From Bacilli bacterium (lineage in GTDB: Bacteria; Bacillota_I; Bacilli_A; RFN20; CAG-826): 64,000 nucleotides of DNA. The stretch spans positions 51,365-115,364 of the forward strand of contig JBJEDT010000025.1 of the NCBI GenBank assembly GCA_051872335.1, read 5' to 3'. Shown here one piece after another: positions 25,248 to 35,447 of this stretch. Under the pieces are notes generated by a model, which was not told where the DNA came from, did no database searches, and saw nothing but the letters and a program-made list of their open reading frames with translations. Position numbers and translations under genes: made by a program. Numbering within the stretch: the first letter of the stretch is position 1; every line of letters starts with the position of its first letter.

Positions 25248-25552
25248 AATTTTTTTCTCCTTTATAAATTTTAATTTTTAATTTTAAATTTCTAATGGAT
25301 TTTTTTCGTTTATTAGGTCTAACGAAAACTACACTTAAATAATGAAAAGTTAGGGCCAATTCAATATTCTAATATAGCAACTTTATTATATATCTTTAAC
25401 TACGTTAAAACAATAAAATTTAGTAATTTTTTAGTAATTTAAACTAAAAATAAAGAATTTTTGTTAAATATATAATATATATTTAAGTATTTTTTTACAT
25501 TTAGTAATCAAATTTCACAAAAATTAATATTTATTATTCAATTTTTTAAAAC

Positions 25553-25584
25553 AAAAAAAAGAAACTATACGTTAATATAGTTTC
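25553..25584 (-). terminator. Rho-independent terminator downstream of the 1008-aa EAL gene
   Basis: gaaactata-cgttaa-tatagtttc hairpin followed by U8 on the minus strand. Confidence 0.65.
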
Positions 25585-25626
25585 TTAATTTTAAGTAATA
25601 TTGTTGAATCTTATTACTTAGATTTA

Positions 25627-25700
25627 TTTCACCTCTAAACCTAAATGGTAGACCGTTAGTACGCAATCATTAAAAGTAACTAACGGTCTAAGAGGTGAAA
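25627..25700. repeat. Long imperfect inverted repeat (tttcacctct…gaccgttagt / actaacggtc…agaggtgaaa) with a 14-nt bulge and an 18-nt loop
   Basis: Seen directly. It lies between the EAL gene stop (25719) and the terminator. Confidence 0.6.
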
Positions 25701-25718
25701 AACTAGCGTGAAGTTAAA

Positions 25719-28700
25719 CTAGTTTTTCGCATTGAAATTCAAGTATTTTAAGTATTCTCTAATAGGAATAGGTTTAGAGAATAAGTAACCTTGTGCTTCG
25801 TCAAAGTTCATATCTTTTAAAATACTGAATTGCCCTTCGGTTTCAACACCTTCGGCAACAAGTCCAAATTTTGACTCTTTAGCAAAGTCAACAATATAGG
25901 ACAAAGCAACTTTAGAACGTTGAGAACGTTCAATATCCATAATACATGTACGGTCAACCTTAATTTGATCAACAGCTAGGTCTTGGAAGACCTTGTTAGA
26001 TTGAACAGACATACCATAGTTATCTATAGCCCATGATACTCCTTTTTCTTTTAAAATCAACATAACATTTCGAACTGTTTGCAAATTATCAACAACAACA
26101 CCTTCATTTACCTCGAATTTTAAGAATCCTGAAGGGAAACGGTGCTTATTCAATAAAGCAGAAACACGAGCGATAAAATCAGGGTTTGTAATTGAGTTTG
26201 AAGAAATGTTAATTGAAATATTTGTAACACCAATTTGTTGGAAAATTTCATAACCATGTGCTTTCCATAATTCACCAATAGAATCAATAATATATTGCTC
26301 AATTTCAAACATCATATTATTTTTAACAGCGATAGGAACAAATTCTGAAGGTGGAATATATCCACGAGCTGGATCGTTTAAACGTAATAAAGCTTCAGCA
26401 CCAATTGGTTTACGATCAGATATTCTTAAAACAGGTTGTAAGAAAACTTCAAATTTGTCTTTAGCAATAGCATCCTTAATGATATCAAGAATGTAGTCTT
26501 CACGATTAAGTTTACGGACATCTTTTTCACCGTAAATATACAAGTTATTCAAACCAATATTTTTTGCATCTTCTAAAGTTGTATTAACAGCACTATCAAA
26601 TTGTTCAATATCCAAAATATCACCAGGATATGGAATTAAAGAAGCATGGAATTCAATTCTAAATGTATCTTTATCACCAGTCATTGGTTCAATCATTTTA
26701 TTAAAGATATTTTCGACAAGTGTTAATACTTCTTTACGAGTATAACGTTTTAAAATAAGAGCAAGTGTTGTTTTATTATATCGATATACTTCATCTTGGA
26801 AATCAAGAATTTCAAATCTTCGTAACAATTCTTGTAAAATTTTTCTTTCACCTTCAACTTCAAACATTGGGATCCAATGTTCAAATTCGTGAATATCAAT
26901 GAAGAAAATATAACCCATTCCTTTAGTTTGTAGTTCACGTTCATAGTCACTTTTAAGTTTGACATCGTTGTAAATATGTAATAATGGGTCGTAGAAGTTA
27001 GCATCAAGTCTTTTTCTAGCTTCGTTATTTTCTAGTAAAATCAAAACTTCGTTTTCTTCAGTTGGTAAAGCAGCTAAAGTTGAAACCATAATTTCTTCAC
27101 CAAGTTTTGGTAAGAAAGCAAGACCATTACCAACTTTTAAAGGACAATAGTCACAAACTCTATTTCCTTGAGTATTAAAAATGTTATAACACTTAACACC
27201 ACGTCTAGCATTTGGATATATCTTAGCTAAACCTGTGGAAACATATGTTAATTCATTTGTCTTATTGTTAATACCATAAACATATTTTTCATCACGTTTT
27301 AACAATGTAGAAAGAATTAATTCTTGTCTTTCAACATCTTTTGCTGACATATACATATCTACCATTGCAAATATAATATCGGCAGCACATAACATAATTT
27401 CTCTATCGATAATAGTAAAAGGTGGTTGTTCATTTACGTTGTTAAAATAAATAATACCTTTTAATGTAGGACCTTTAGTCATCTTAAAGTGATAGTAACG
27501 TTCAATTGATAAATTGTAAAAAACAGATCTAACTGAGAATGGTAAGTTTTCTACTGTATTACCAAATAAAGATGAAGAACTATCAAATAAGTTCAAATAT
27601 TCATTTAAACGAGAAATTTGTAAAGAATCATAAGTAATAAAACCACTAGTATCTGGTGAAGAAGAGTGCTCAAACCAAGGAACAAGTCGACGTCCTGAGT
27701 CTTGAACTAACATAATGCCACCATTATCAAAGCCCATCATATTACAATAAAGTTTAACAGAGTTTTGAATTTCACGATTCAAGTCTTTAAAAGTAACACA
27801 ACGTACTAAATTTTTATTAATAGCTTCTAGATATAAAATTGATCTTCTATATCTTTCTTGAGAATCAAGAACAGCATCATTATTTGGTTCGAATAATCCA
27901 TAGTCTTGAACACCAACATTTTTAGTAGAGTCAAGAGCTTCAACAGCATCATTTATAATTCTTTCACTACTTGAGAAAGGATATATAGCGACACCAGCTT
28001 TACATGAATATAGAATTTGAGAACCATCACGTAAAATTTCTGTAATGTGATATTCAGATAATAAAGTTCTTAATTCAGAAATTAAGATTGATGTATTAGT
28101 AACTGATGATATATATAACAAAATCGTTTCGTGATCAAATTCACCAATCATTGTTGGTTTTAAAACTTCTTTAGCACGATTTACAAGTTCATATAAATAT
28201 TCAGGTTTTTCACTACCAATCATCTGTACTGCTATAACAGCTGAGTGATATAAATATTGCTTTGCAATAAGTTTATTCAAATTTGCTTGGAAACTATTAA
28301 ACGTTAATATATCATCACGAACAAAATCGGCTTCTTCTAAGTTAAGTGTTGTTTCAACAGCTGAGTAGCTTCGGTGTTCGAAAGCTTTAATTGTTTCATT
28401 AACGTAGTTTCTTAATGATTCAATTTCATTAATAGATAATTTTGTATTAATAGGTTTAAATTCAGTTTTAGATAATTGTTCAATAGAATCATTAACAATT
28501 TCAAGTTCATTTGTTACATGATTTGTAACTTTTTTAATTCCTTTACGATAAACTAAAATAAATATGAATTCGAAAATACCTGTTAGTGTCAATGCTCCTG
28601 CAATCACATAAGCGCTTCTATAAACGAAGAAGTAAACAAGTACTCCAATTAATATAAAAAGCGTCGATAGAACAGTTAATACTACCGGTTTAGTTAGATT

Positions 28701-28745
28701 CTTTTTAAGATAATTAGGAAACTTCATAGCATTCCTCCCTCGCAA
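25719..28745 (-). CDS. Large membrane-anchored signalling protein with C-terminal EAL c-di-GMP phosphodiesterase domain (1008 aa)
   Basis: Two N-terminal TMs and a long central region of unknown sensor type. EAL motifs EVFLQPVLRISDRKPIGAEALLRL…, DNYGMSVQS and QGYLF are present. No intact GGDEF. Confidence 0.7.
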   Translation of the reverse strand: MRGRNAMKFPNYLKKNLTKPVVLTVLSTLFILIGVLVYFFVYRSAYVIAGALTLTGIFEFIFILVYRKGIKKVTNHVTNELEIVNDSIEQLSKTEFKPINTKLSINEIESLRNYVNETIKAFEHRSYSAVETTLNLEEADFVRDDILTFNSFQANLNKLIAKQYLYHSAVIAVQMIGSEKPEYLYELVNRAKEVLKPTMIGEFDHETILLYISSVTNTSILISELRTLLSEYHITEILRDGSQILYSCKAGVAIYPFSSSERIINDAVEALDSTKNVGVQDYGLFEPNNDAVLDSQERYRRSILYLEAINKNLVRCVTFKDLNREIQNSVKLYCNMMGFDNGGIMLVQDSGRRLVPWFEHSSSPDTSGFITYDSLQISRLNEYLNLFDSSSSLFGNTVENLPFSVRSVFYNLSIERYYHFKMTKGPTLKGIIYFNNVNEQPPFTIIDREIMLCAADIIFAMVDMYMSAKDVERQELILSTLLKRDEKYVYGINNKTNELTYVSTGLAKIYPNARRGVKCYNIFNTQGNRVCDYCPLKVGNGLAFLPKLGEEIMVSTLAALPTEENEVLILLENNEARKRLDANFYDPLLHIYNDVKLKSDYERELQTKGMGYIFFIDIHEFEHWIPMFEVEGERKILQELLRRFEILDFQDEVYRYNKTTLALILKRYTRKEVLTLVENIFNKMIEPMTGDKDTFRIEFHASLIPYPGDILDIEQFDSAVNTTLEDAKNIGLNNLYIYGEKDVRKLNREDYILDIIKDAIAKDKFEVFLQPVLRISDRKPIGAEALLRLNDPARGYIPPSEFVPIAVKNNMMFEIEQYIIDSIGELWKAHGYEIFQQIGVTNISINISSNSITNPDFIARVSALLNKHRFPSGFLKFEVNEGVVVDNLQTVRNVMLILKEKGVSWAIDNYGMSVQSNKVFQDLAVDQIKVDRTCIMDIERSQRSKVALSYIVDFAKESKFGLVAEGVETEGQFSILKDMNFDEAQGYLFSKPIPIREYLKYLNFNAKN

Positions 28746-29475
28746 AATATAGGTAAAAATTTATCAATATTTTTGTACATAAAAAAACAGTTAGGCCTCT
28801 AACCTATATTTAGAATAACATAAAAATTTTTAAAAATGAATAAAAGCAAACGATTTATTTTTAGTTATTGCATAAATTTTTCAATAATTATTGTTATTTT
28901 CTTTAAACTATAGTTTAAATAATGCCCTAATCTATTTAAAAAGATAAATGCGATTATTTTGTGTATCAATAGGAATTGTTTTGATAAATAAAGAAATTGT
29001 TTTATAAAATCAAATATTGTGCCAAAAAAATCACTATGATTAAATAGTTAAATAAAAAAGTATAAGATAAAAATTCTAAAGACCTACTAATAATATTTAT
29101 CAATTACAAGCGAAGATTTCATTGATTATTTATCAATGATTTTATTCTCGAATATTTTTGAAATAATAAAGGCTGCGAATATTTTTTAATTAAATTATAT
29201 AAATCAATATATGCACGAAAAATGAATGTGATATTGTTCGTACAAATGATAAAGCCAAACGTGACTGTAATTATATCCGAAGGATATTGTTATAAGTAGT
29301 GATTATATATATTTTCCATATTATAAATAAATTTTTATATAAATATCTTCTAATATTAACAGCTGGATTGATTCTAGTTACTTCATAAGATTATGCATCT
29401 TACTTTTTTGTTGACTTAATAAATCCATTTGACCGTATAAAGCAAAAAGAAATCTTAAGTTTTAGCTGAAATACT

Positions 29476-30124
29476 TTAATTGAATTCTTTGCTGTTTATC
29501 ATTTTAAGATAATTCTTCTTTAAATGTCTCGAATCAATAAACTTCAATTCAGACTTTGAAAGTTCATTATTCTTTTGCTTTAATTCTAACAATCGCACAG
29601 TAGATATAAAATCAGCAACTTGAAATAATCTATAGTTATAAGGATGAACTTCTTTCTTAAAATCGTAATCTAATCCTGTAATAGCTAATGAATTATTTAA
29701 AACTCTAGTTATATGATGTTGACCATTATCATAGTACAAAATAATTTTATAATTTTTAAACTCATCATAATTATCAGTAAAAAAAGTATATAATTCTCTG
29801 ATCATACATCTTTCCAATTTTAATATATCATTATTAAACTCATTTTTATAAAAGTAAAAGTTTTGCATTTTATTGGTAACCCCATTGTAAAAACAGACTG
29901 AAATATTTTTTTCTATTTTCTATTGATTCATCTTCAAATGGATATTCTCTCCTAATAATTGGTCCGGCATGAAACACAGGTTTATCCTTAATTTTTTCAA
30001 TATTAGGATTTATATCAATACTTTGGTTATGAAATACTAATGTTATTAAATAATATTTAGATGCATCTTTAATGAATCCAAAATCCCCTGATTCATCTAT
30101 AAATACGCTAAGAATTTTCTTCAT
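29476..30124 (-). pseudogene. DUF3800-family gene split by a +1/-1 frameshift (ORFs 29870-30124 and 29476-29868)
   Basis: N-terminal half has the DUF3800 signature SVFIDESGDFG. C-terminal half has the RLFQVADFI (QLADL-type) motif. The two frames overlap between 29870 and 29913, near an A7/T7 homopolymer at 29904-29912. Confidence 0.5.
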
Positions 30125-30140
30125 TAAAACATCTCCTTCA

Positions 30141-30168
30141 TAAAATAAAAACGGGACTATTTCCCGTT
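30141..30168 (-). terminator. Hairpin aacggga-ctattt-tcccgtt plus U-rich tract, placed immediately upstream of the DUF3800 RBS
   Basis: Stem-loop followed by UUUUAUUUU on the minus-strand RNA. Acts as a terminator or leader hairpin. Confidence 0.4.
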
Positions 30169-30734
30169 GTTGGTGGACCTAGGCAAAAGCCAGCCCAGTG
30201 TCATATGACACTATATTGTATGTTCTTTTTGCAAAAACATACCTCACATTTGTATTTTACCATATATATTGTTATTTTCAACAACAATTTTCAAAAAATC
30301 ACATTTTAATTATATTAACTTTACATTGATATTGCTCTTTATTTTCATTGCATACTACTTATATTAAAGAATTAATCTTTCGATAAAAGTTCTATCTTAT
30401 TAGTAGTAATAAACTTATCATTATTAGTGAATAGTAAAAGAAATAAAAGATTTTCTTAATGTTATCAGTAATTCAACAAATTGAATACTTATTAGAAAAA
30501 TAAAGAAATCTATTCATGTTATATAAGAAATAACGCCATCTTTTTTCAACTATACATTGCTATAAAAATAAAGAAATTCTCTTTCCAAATCTCTTTTTTC
30601 ATAGAATTCTATGGTTTTGTCGATTAGAAAAGAAAAATTAAATCATTATAAACTTAAAATTATGAGCATCATACAAATTAATAAATAAAATATTTAATAA
30701 AATATAAAATTTAACTTTAAATATTTTTACCAAT

Positions 30735-31736
30735 TTATTTTCTTTTTTTCTTATTTTTTGAAGCATTTTTATTTTTCTCATGTGGATTATATTCAACAAA
30801 ATTTTCTTTAAAAATATCATTAAACTTTTCTGGAATTGGTGCTTTAAAATTGTATTTTTTCTTATTTACAGGATGAATAAATTCAAGTTCATAAGCATGT
30901 AAACCCAACCTATTAATTGGATTTTTAGTTGATCCATATTTATCATCACCAACAACATTATGACCGATATCTTTCATATGAACTCTAATTTGATTTTTTC
31001 TACCAGAATGTAGATTTATATCTAATAAAGAATATCCATTTTTTTCTTTTAAAACACTATAATCAGTAATGCTTTCTTGTCCATCACCAGGTTTAAAAGA
31101 TGAATACATAATATTAGTCTTAGTTTGACGAAGCCACGATTTGATGGTTCCTTTTTTATCCTTTAAAGTTCCTTCAACAATAGCATAATAGCCTCTTTTT
31201 GATACGATATCATTCCATACATTTTGAAGTTTATCACGTATTTCTTCATTTTTGGCAACCATTAAAACTCCAGATGTGTCTTTATCTAAACGATGAACTA
31301 CATAAATACGATTATGTGGGTTTTCACGTCGATAATAATCCATCAAAAGTCGATAAGCTGTCATTCCTTTTTCATTATCAGATGCTATCGATAATAATCC
31401 TGAAGGTTTATTAATAACAATAAATTCATCATCCTCATATATAATATCTAATGCTTTTCTTTTTTGAAGAGGAATTTTAAAAGAATTTTTGCCAATCATA
31501 ACAACATCATCTTTAGTAAGCATAAAATCAAATTGTGAAACAGCAGCACCATTAACTGCTACTTGTTTTCGTGTTAATAAAGATTTGATATTATTCCTCG
31601 ATAAAGATGTTAAATTTTCCATCAAAAAATCCATTAACAAGCAAGGCTTTTTAACAACGAATTCTTTTAAAATATTTGTATCTTTTTTTGAATAAGCACT
31701 ACTTTTTGTAGTTTCTTTTTTTACATTCTTTTTCAT
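30735..31736 (-). CDS. RluA-family 23S rRNA/tRNA pseudouridine synthase (RluD-like, S4 + catalytic domain)
   Basis: Catalytic motif HRLDKDTSGVLMVAKN and an N-terminal S4-like segment. Confidence 0.8.
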   Translation of the reverse strand: MKKNVKKETTKSSAYSKKDTNILKEFVVKKPCLLMDFLMENLTSLSRNNIKSLLTRKQVAVNGAAVSQFDFMLTKDDVVMIGKNSFKIPLQKRKALDIIYEDDEFIVINKPSGLLSIASDNEKGMTAYRLLMDYYRRENPHNRIYVVHRLDKDTSGVLMVAKNEEIRDKLQNVWNDIVSKRGYYAIVEGTLKDKKGTIKSWLRQTKTNIMYSSFKPGDGQESITDYSVLKEKNGYSLLDINLHSGRKNQIRVHMKDIGHNVVGDDKYGSTKNPINRLGLHAYELEFIHPVNKKKYNFKAPIPEKFNDIFKENFVEYNPHEKNKNASKNKKKRK

Positions 31737-31741
31737 AATTT

Positions 31742-33145
31742 TTATAAAACACTTCTAAATAATAGCATTGCTAGACCATAATAAGAAACAATACCAACGA
31801 TATCATTTAATGTTGTAATAAGTGGTCCACTTGCTACAGCAGGGTCAATTTTAATTTTTTTGAAAATAATAGGAACAATACAACCAATAAAACTAGATAA
31901 AATGAAAGCAGGAATTAATGCTCCACTAACACATCCAGCAACTAATAAAAGATCATTAATTCTTAACACTTCTCCTAATATTGGAGTATTTCTAACATAC
32001 AAAAATAATGATACTGCACCAAAAGAAATAATAGATAAAATCAAACCATTTGTTAATCCAACTCGTACTTCTTTAAATACCATCTTTGCAATCTTTTTAC
32101 GAGATAAATCTTCGTCCATTAATCCTCTAATTGTAACAGCAAGAGATTGTGTACCAGCATTACCTGACATACCTAAAATTACAGATTGGAAAAATACAAT
32201 CATAGGTATACCATCAATAACTGTTTCAAATTGTGAAACAACAAGCGAGATAAACATACCTAATATTAAAAGACATACTAACCATACAATACGTTTTTTT
32301 ACCGATTTAAAAACAGGTTCATCAATTTCTTCAGCTTCATTTAAACCAGCAAGTTTTGCATAGTCTTCAGTAAGTTCATCTTCAACTACTTCTACTAAAT
32401 CGTCTTGAGTAATAACACCGATTAATTCATCATCTTTATTTAAAACAGGATATAAATCAAGAGATGCATCTTTTAAATCGTTAATACATTCTTCAATTAA
32501 TTCAGTTGAATATACATAAGGATATTGAGTGTGAATAATATCTTCCAAATCATCATCTTCACGAGCTCTTATTAAATCTTTTAAATCAATAGAACCATAA
32601 AATTTACCATTTTCATCTTTAACGAAAAGAGTATAAATATTATCATTTTCTTTTGAATACTTAATAAGATGCTTCATAGCACTTTTAATAGTATCGGTTT
32701 TCTTAACAATGATATAGTTGGTAGTCATTTTACTACCAATTTGATCATCTTCAAAAGAAGCTAATAAGCGAACATCTTCTAGAGCTTCTTTTTCCATTAA
32801 TGATGTAATTTGTTTTTTATCTTCTTCTTCAAGTTCTTGTAAGACATCAAGAGCATCATCAGCATCCATTAATTCAATTAAGTCAGCTGCTGCTTCATTT
32901 TCAAGTTCTGCAATATAATCTTCAACATTTTCTAGATAAGTAAAAACATTAGATACTCTTTCCTTACCTAATATACGATATAACTTTTTTCTTTCTTTCT
33001 CAGTTAAATAACAAATTACTTCTGCAATATCCGAATCATGATAATTTTCTAATTCTTCCTTAATGTAGCTCGGTTTAGATTTCGAACGAATTAGACTTAA
33101 TAATTCTTGTAATTCTTCTTGTATTTCTTCCATAATTTCACACAT
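31742..33145 (-). CDS. mgtE: Magnesium transporter MgtE
   Basis: MgtE N-domain, CBS pair, and TM domain with the GNAGTQS motif. Confidence 0.85.
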   Translation of the reverse strand: MCEIMEEIQEELQELLSLIRSKSKPSYIKEELENYHDSDIAEVICYLTEKERKKLYRILGKERVSNVFTYLENVEDYIAELENEAAADLIELMDADDALDVLQELEEEDKKQITSLMEKEALEDVRLLASFEDDQIGSKMTTNYIIVKKTDTIKSAMKHLIKYSKENDNIYTLFVKDENGKFYGSIDLKDLIRAREDDDLEDIIHTQYPYVYSTELIEECINDLKDASLDLYPVLNKDDELIGVITQDDLVEVVEDELTEDYAKLAGLNEAEEIDEPVFKSVKKRIVWLVCLLILGMFISLVVSQFETVIDGIPMIVFFQSVILGMSGNAGTQSLAVTIRGLMDEDLSRKKIAKMVFKEVRVGLTNGLILSIISFGAVSLFLYVRNTPILGEVLRINDLLLVAGCVSGALIPAFILSSFIGCIVPIIFKKIKIDPAVASGPLITTLNDIVGIVSYYGLAMLLFRSVL

Positions 33146-33281
33146 TATTCAACTCAGTTTGACTTATGATTGAATAACTTTACTCCTTTCCAAAGTACAT
33201 TTTAAATAATAAATCATCTGAAATTTATTTATATTTATTTGCTGAAATATCACAAATTAACTATTAGTTTTATAAACAAAA

Positions 33282-34715
33282 TTATTTCTCTATCTTACTA
33301 TAATATTTTTGTAATGAGCTTTTTGGTTTTTCTGGAATAGTTAATAACAATTCACCTTTTTCGACAAGAGGTTGAATAATTTGAGATATAACATGATTTC
33401 TACTCAAACCCAAATATGCAACTATTTCATCACGTGATCTAGGAATATGGCAAAAAGATATAACTTTTTCATTATAAGAATTAGAATTATCATCAAACGA
33501 TTTCTTAATTATTGTTTTAAACTGACCATTTTTAGAAATAAAAATAGGTGCAGGCATATTGTTTTCTAATAATTCTTTTCTAATTGTAGGTATTCCAGAA
33601 TATCTATTTTCTGTAATATGTAAAAGTTCTAAAATATTTGAAAGAATGATATTTCTGGTCTCAGGTCTTGCTATTCCTAATTGCTCAACAGAAATACCTC
33701 CAAATAAAACACCAGGATTAGTAATTTCAATTCTATCAGAATATATTTCTAAACTAACAGGAATGCCTTCAGTATATCTACTATAATCTCTATGTACTAA
33801 AGAGTTAAGTAAAGCCTCTCTTATAGCTTTCAAAGGATATTCATATTTGTCTTCTCTTTGTCCTAAATTATTAATGATAGTATATGATTTAATATTCTTT
33901 CTTATAAAATTCATACCTTCTTCTATCATCTCGTCTATTGGTCCTGTTATTCTTCTGTTATCAATAAATCTTTCATTACTAGTCCCAACATCACCTTTTT
34001 GAATACCTGGAATACAAACAGCAGTAATTGAATATTGTGGGAAATATGCTTGTGGGTATTTTGAAAACACCACAATAGCAGCTAAAGTTGGTTTGCCACC
34101 TTTTGATATTCCCATAAGTTCATTAATATTATTGTCTGAAAGAATTTTTGCTAAATTAGTTCTTTCTTCCTTTACAGCAGTTAAGTACTTATTATATTTA
34201 ATGTCATCAAATAATTTAATTTGGGTGTCATCAACTATTCTAAGATCATCTTTGATTCTTTGTTTATATGACTCATAAGAATATATCTCGTATTCTGTCA
34301 TTTGTTCGTCAGCTTCGCCAACACGAATATACGAGCCTTTATATTTTCCAATGCCTTTGTAATAACAAGGTCTATTATAATAATCAATACCAGGTATCTC
34401 TGCAGATACCACTTTTTTATCATTATAATTAGCAACTGTGAATAGAGCTCGAACAGGAGGTTCCATTTGTTTACATTGTTCTGATATTTTTTTTATTAAG
34501 TCATTAACATCATAGACACCACAAACGAAGTAATCCTTTTTTTCGTCGATTCCAAACACTATAGTACCACCATTATCTTGATTAGAAAAAGAAGATAATG
34601 TATCATAGAGCTTCTCAGGGCATCCTTTAAAAGCAGATTTTATTTCTAAATTATTTAATTCGGTTTTAATACTTTTAATATTATTAATTAATTTTAGTAA
34701 TTCTTCTACTTGCAT
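33282..34715 (-). CDS. Divergent-AAA (AlbA_2/Schlafen-like) + HATPase_c_4-type putative DNA-binding regulator
   Basis: N-terminal …DNGGTIVFGID… AlbA_2-like region, and a C-terminal wHTH-like segment (…IVAYLGLSRNHVISQIIQPLVEKGEL…). Confidence 0.55.
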   Translation of the reverse strand: MQVEELLKLINNIKSIKTELNNLEIKSAFKGCPEKLYDTLSSFSNQDNGGTIVFGIDEKKDYFVCGVYDVNDLIKKISEQCKQMEPPVRALFTVANYNDKKVVSAEIPGIDYYNRPCYYKGIGKYKGSYIRVGEADEQMTEYEIYSYESYKQRIKDDLRIVDDTQIKLFDDIKYNKYLTAVKEERTNLAKILSDNNINELMGISKGGKPTLAAIVVFSKYPQAYFPQYSITAVCIPGIQKGDVGTSNERFIDNRRITGPIDEMIEEGMNFIRKNIKSYTIINNLGQREDKYEYPLKAIREALLNSLVHRDYSRYTEGIPVSLEIYSDRIEITNPGVLFGGISVEQLGIARPETRNIILSNILELLHITENRYSGIPTIRKELLENNMPAPIFISKNGQFKTIIKKSFDDNSNSYNEKVISFCHIPRSRDEIVAYLGLSRNHVISQIIQPLVEKGELLLTIPEKPKSSLQKYYSKIEK

Positions 34716-34766
34716 ATTGTTTCACCCACCAATATTTTATTATTTTAGTAAGAATTAATCAATAAT

Positions 34767-34816
34767 TTTGAACGATAAAATTCAAGTTTGAACGATAAAA
34801 TTCGAGTTTGAACGAC
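34767..34816. repeat. Tandem 20-bp direct repeat tttgaacgataaaattc(a/g)ag, about 2.5 copies
   Basis: Copies at 34767-34786 and 34787-34806, with a partial copy at 34807-34816. Upstream of the AlbA_2-type gene. Confidence 0.7.
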
Positions 34817-34844
34817 TTAGCTTTATATTTCATCAATAAAAATA

Positions 34845-35360
34845 TTAAATTTTCTTATATCCTAATAATCCTTTAAACAATTCTTGAACACGATTTGTAT
34901 CTTCAATACTTTCAAAACCACTTTTTTCAATAAAGTATCCTTGTTGATTTGGTAATACTAAAACGAATAAATCTTTAGTTTCTAGAATTTGAATGAAATC
35001 ACTATATTCATTTACTAATTCATTAGATGCGCCTTCAAATGTTAAAACTGCTCTAATTTTTGTTTCTTCAATGAAAAAGTGACAATCAATTTCTTCAAAG
35101 CCTTCTACCTTATCATTAGCCGTCTTCTTTAATGTACGATAGAATAAAAAGTAAGTAACAAATGGATAAGCAATCATAATAACTCCTAGAACAATTGCAA
35201 TCCAATATTTATCAATATAAAAAGCTAACACAAGTGCTATAACAAAAGCACTTAAAAGTTCGACAATTAATAATGATTTTTTAAAACTTTTCATAAATAA
35301 AGTTTTGGAAAAATTAACTTGTATTTCTTTAGTTAATTTTGAATGGTTTCTAATTTCCAT
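34845..35360 (-). CDS. YcxB-like membrane protein
   Basis: Two central TM helices and a YcxB-like layout. Low-information call. Confidence 0.45.
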   Translation of the reverse strand: MEIRNHSKLTKEIQVNFSKTLFMKSFKKSLLIVELLSAFVIALVLAFYIDKYWIAIVLGVIMIAYPFVTYFLFYRTLKKTANDKVEGFEEIDCHFFIEETKIRAVLTFEGASNELVNEYSDFIQILETKDLFVLVLPNQQGYFIEKSGFESIEDTNRVQELFKGLLGYKKI

Positions 35361-35447
35361 AATTCATCATCTCCACTTTGTTAGTATAGCACATAATTAA
35401 AATAAAAGTCTTTATATTTTAAAACGTAAACTACCTTGTGACAAAGT

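Noticed and set aside
25627-25700. tRNA or tmRNA-like element
   Set aside because: There is no cloverleaf, T-loop (GTTCRANYC) or CCA-compatible 3' end. It is a simple long hairpin.
28746-30734. Prophage or integrative element in the AT-rich gene-poor stretch
   Set aside because: No integrase, recombinase, att-like flanking direct repeats or phage structural genes are visible. There is only a frameshifted DUF3800 gene, so at most a decayed remnant.
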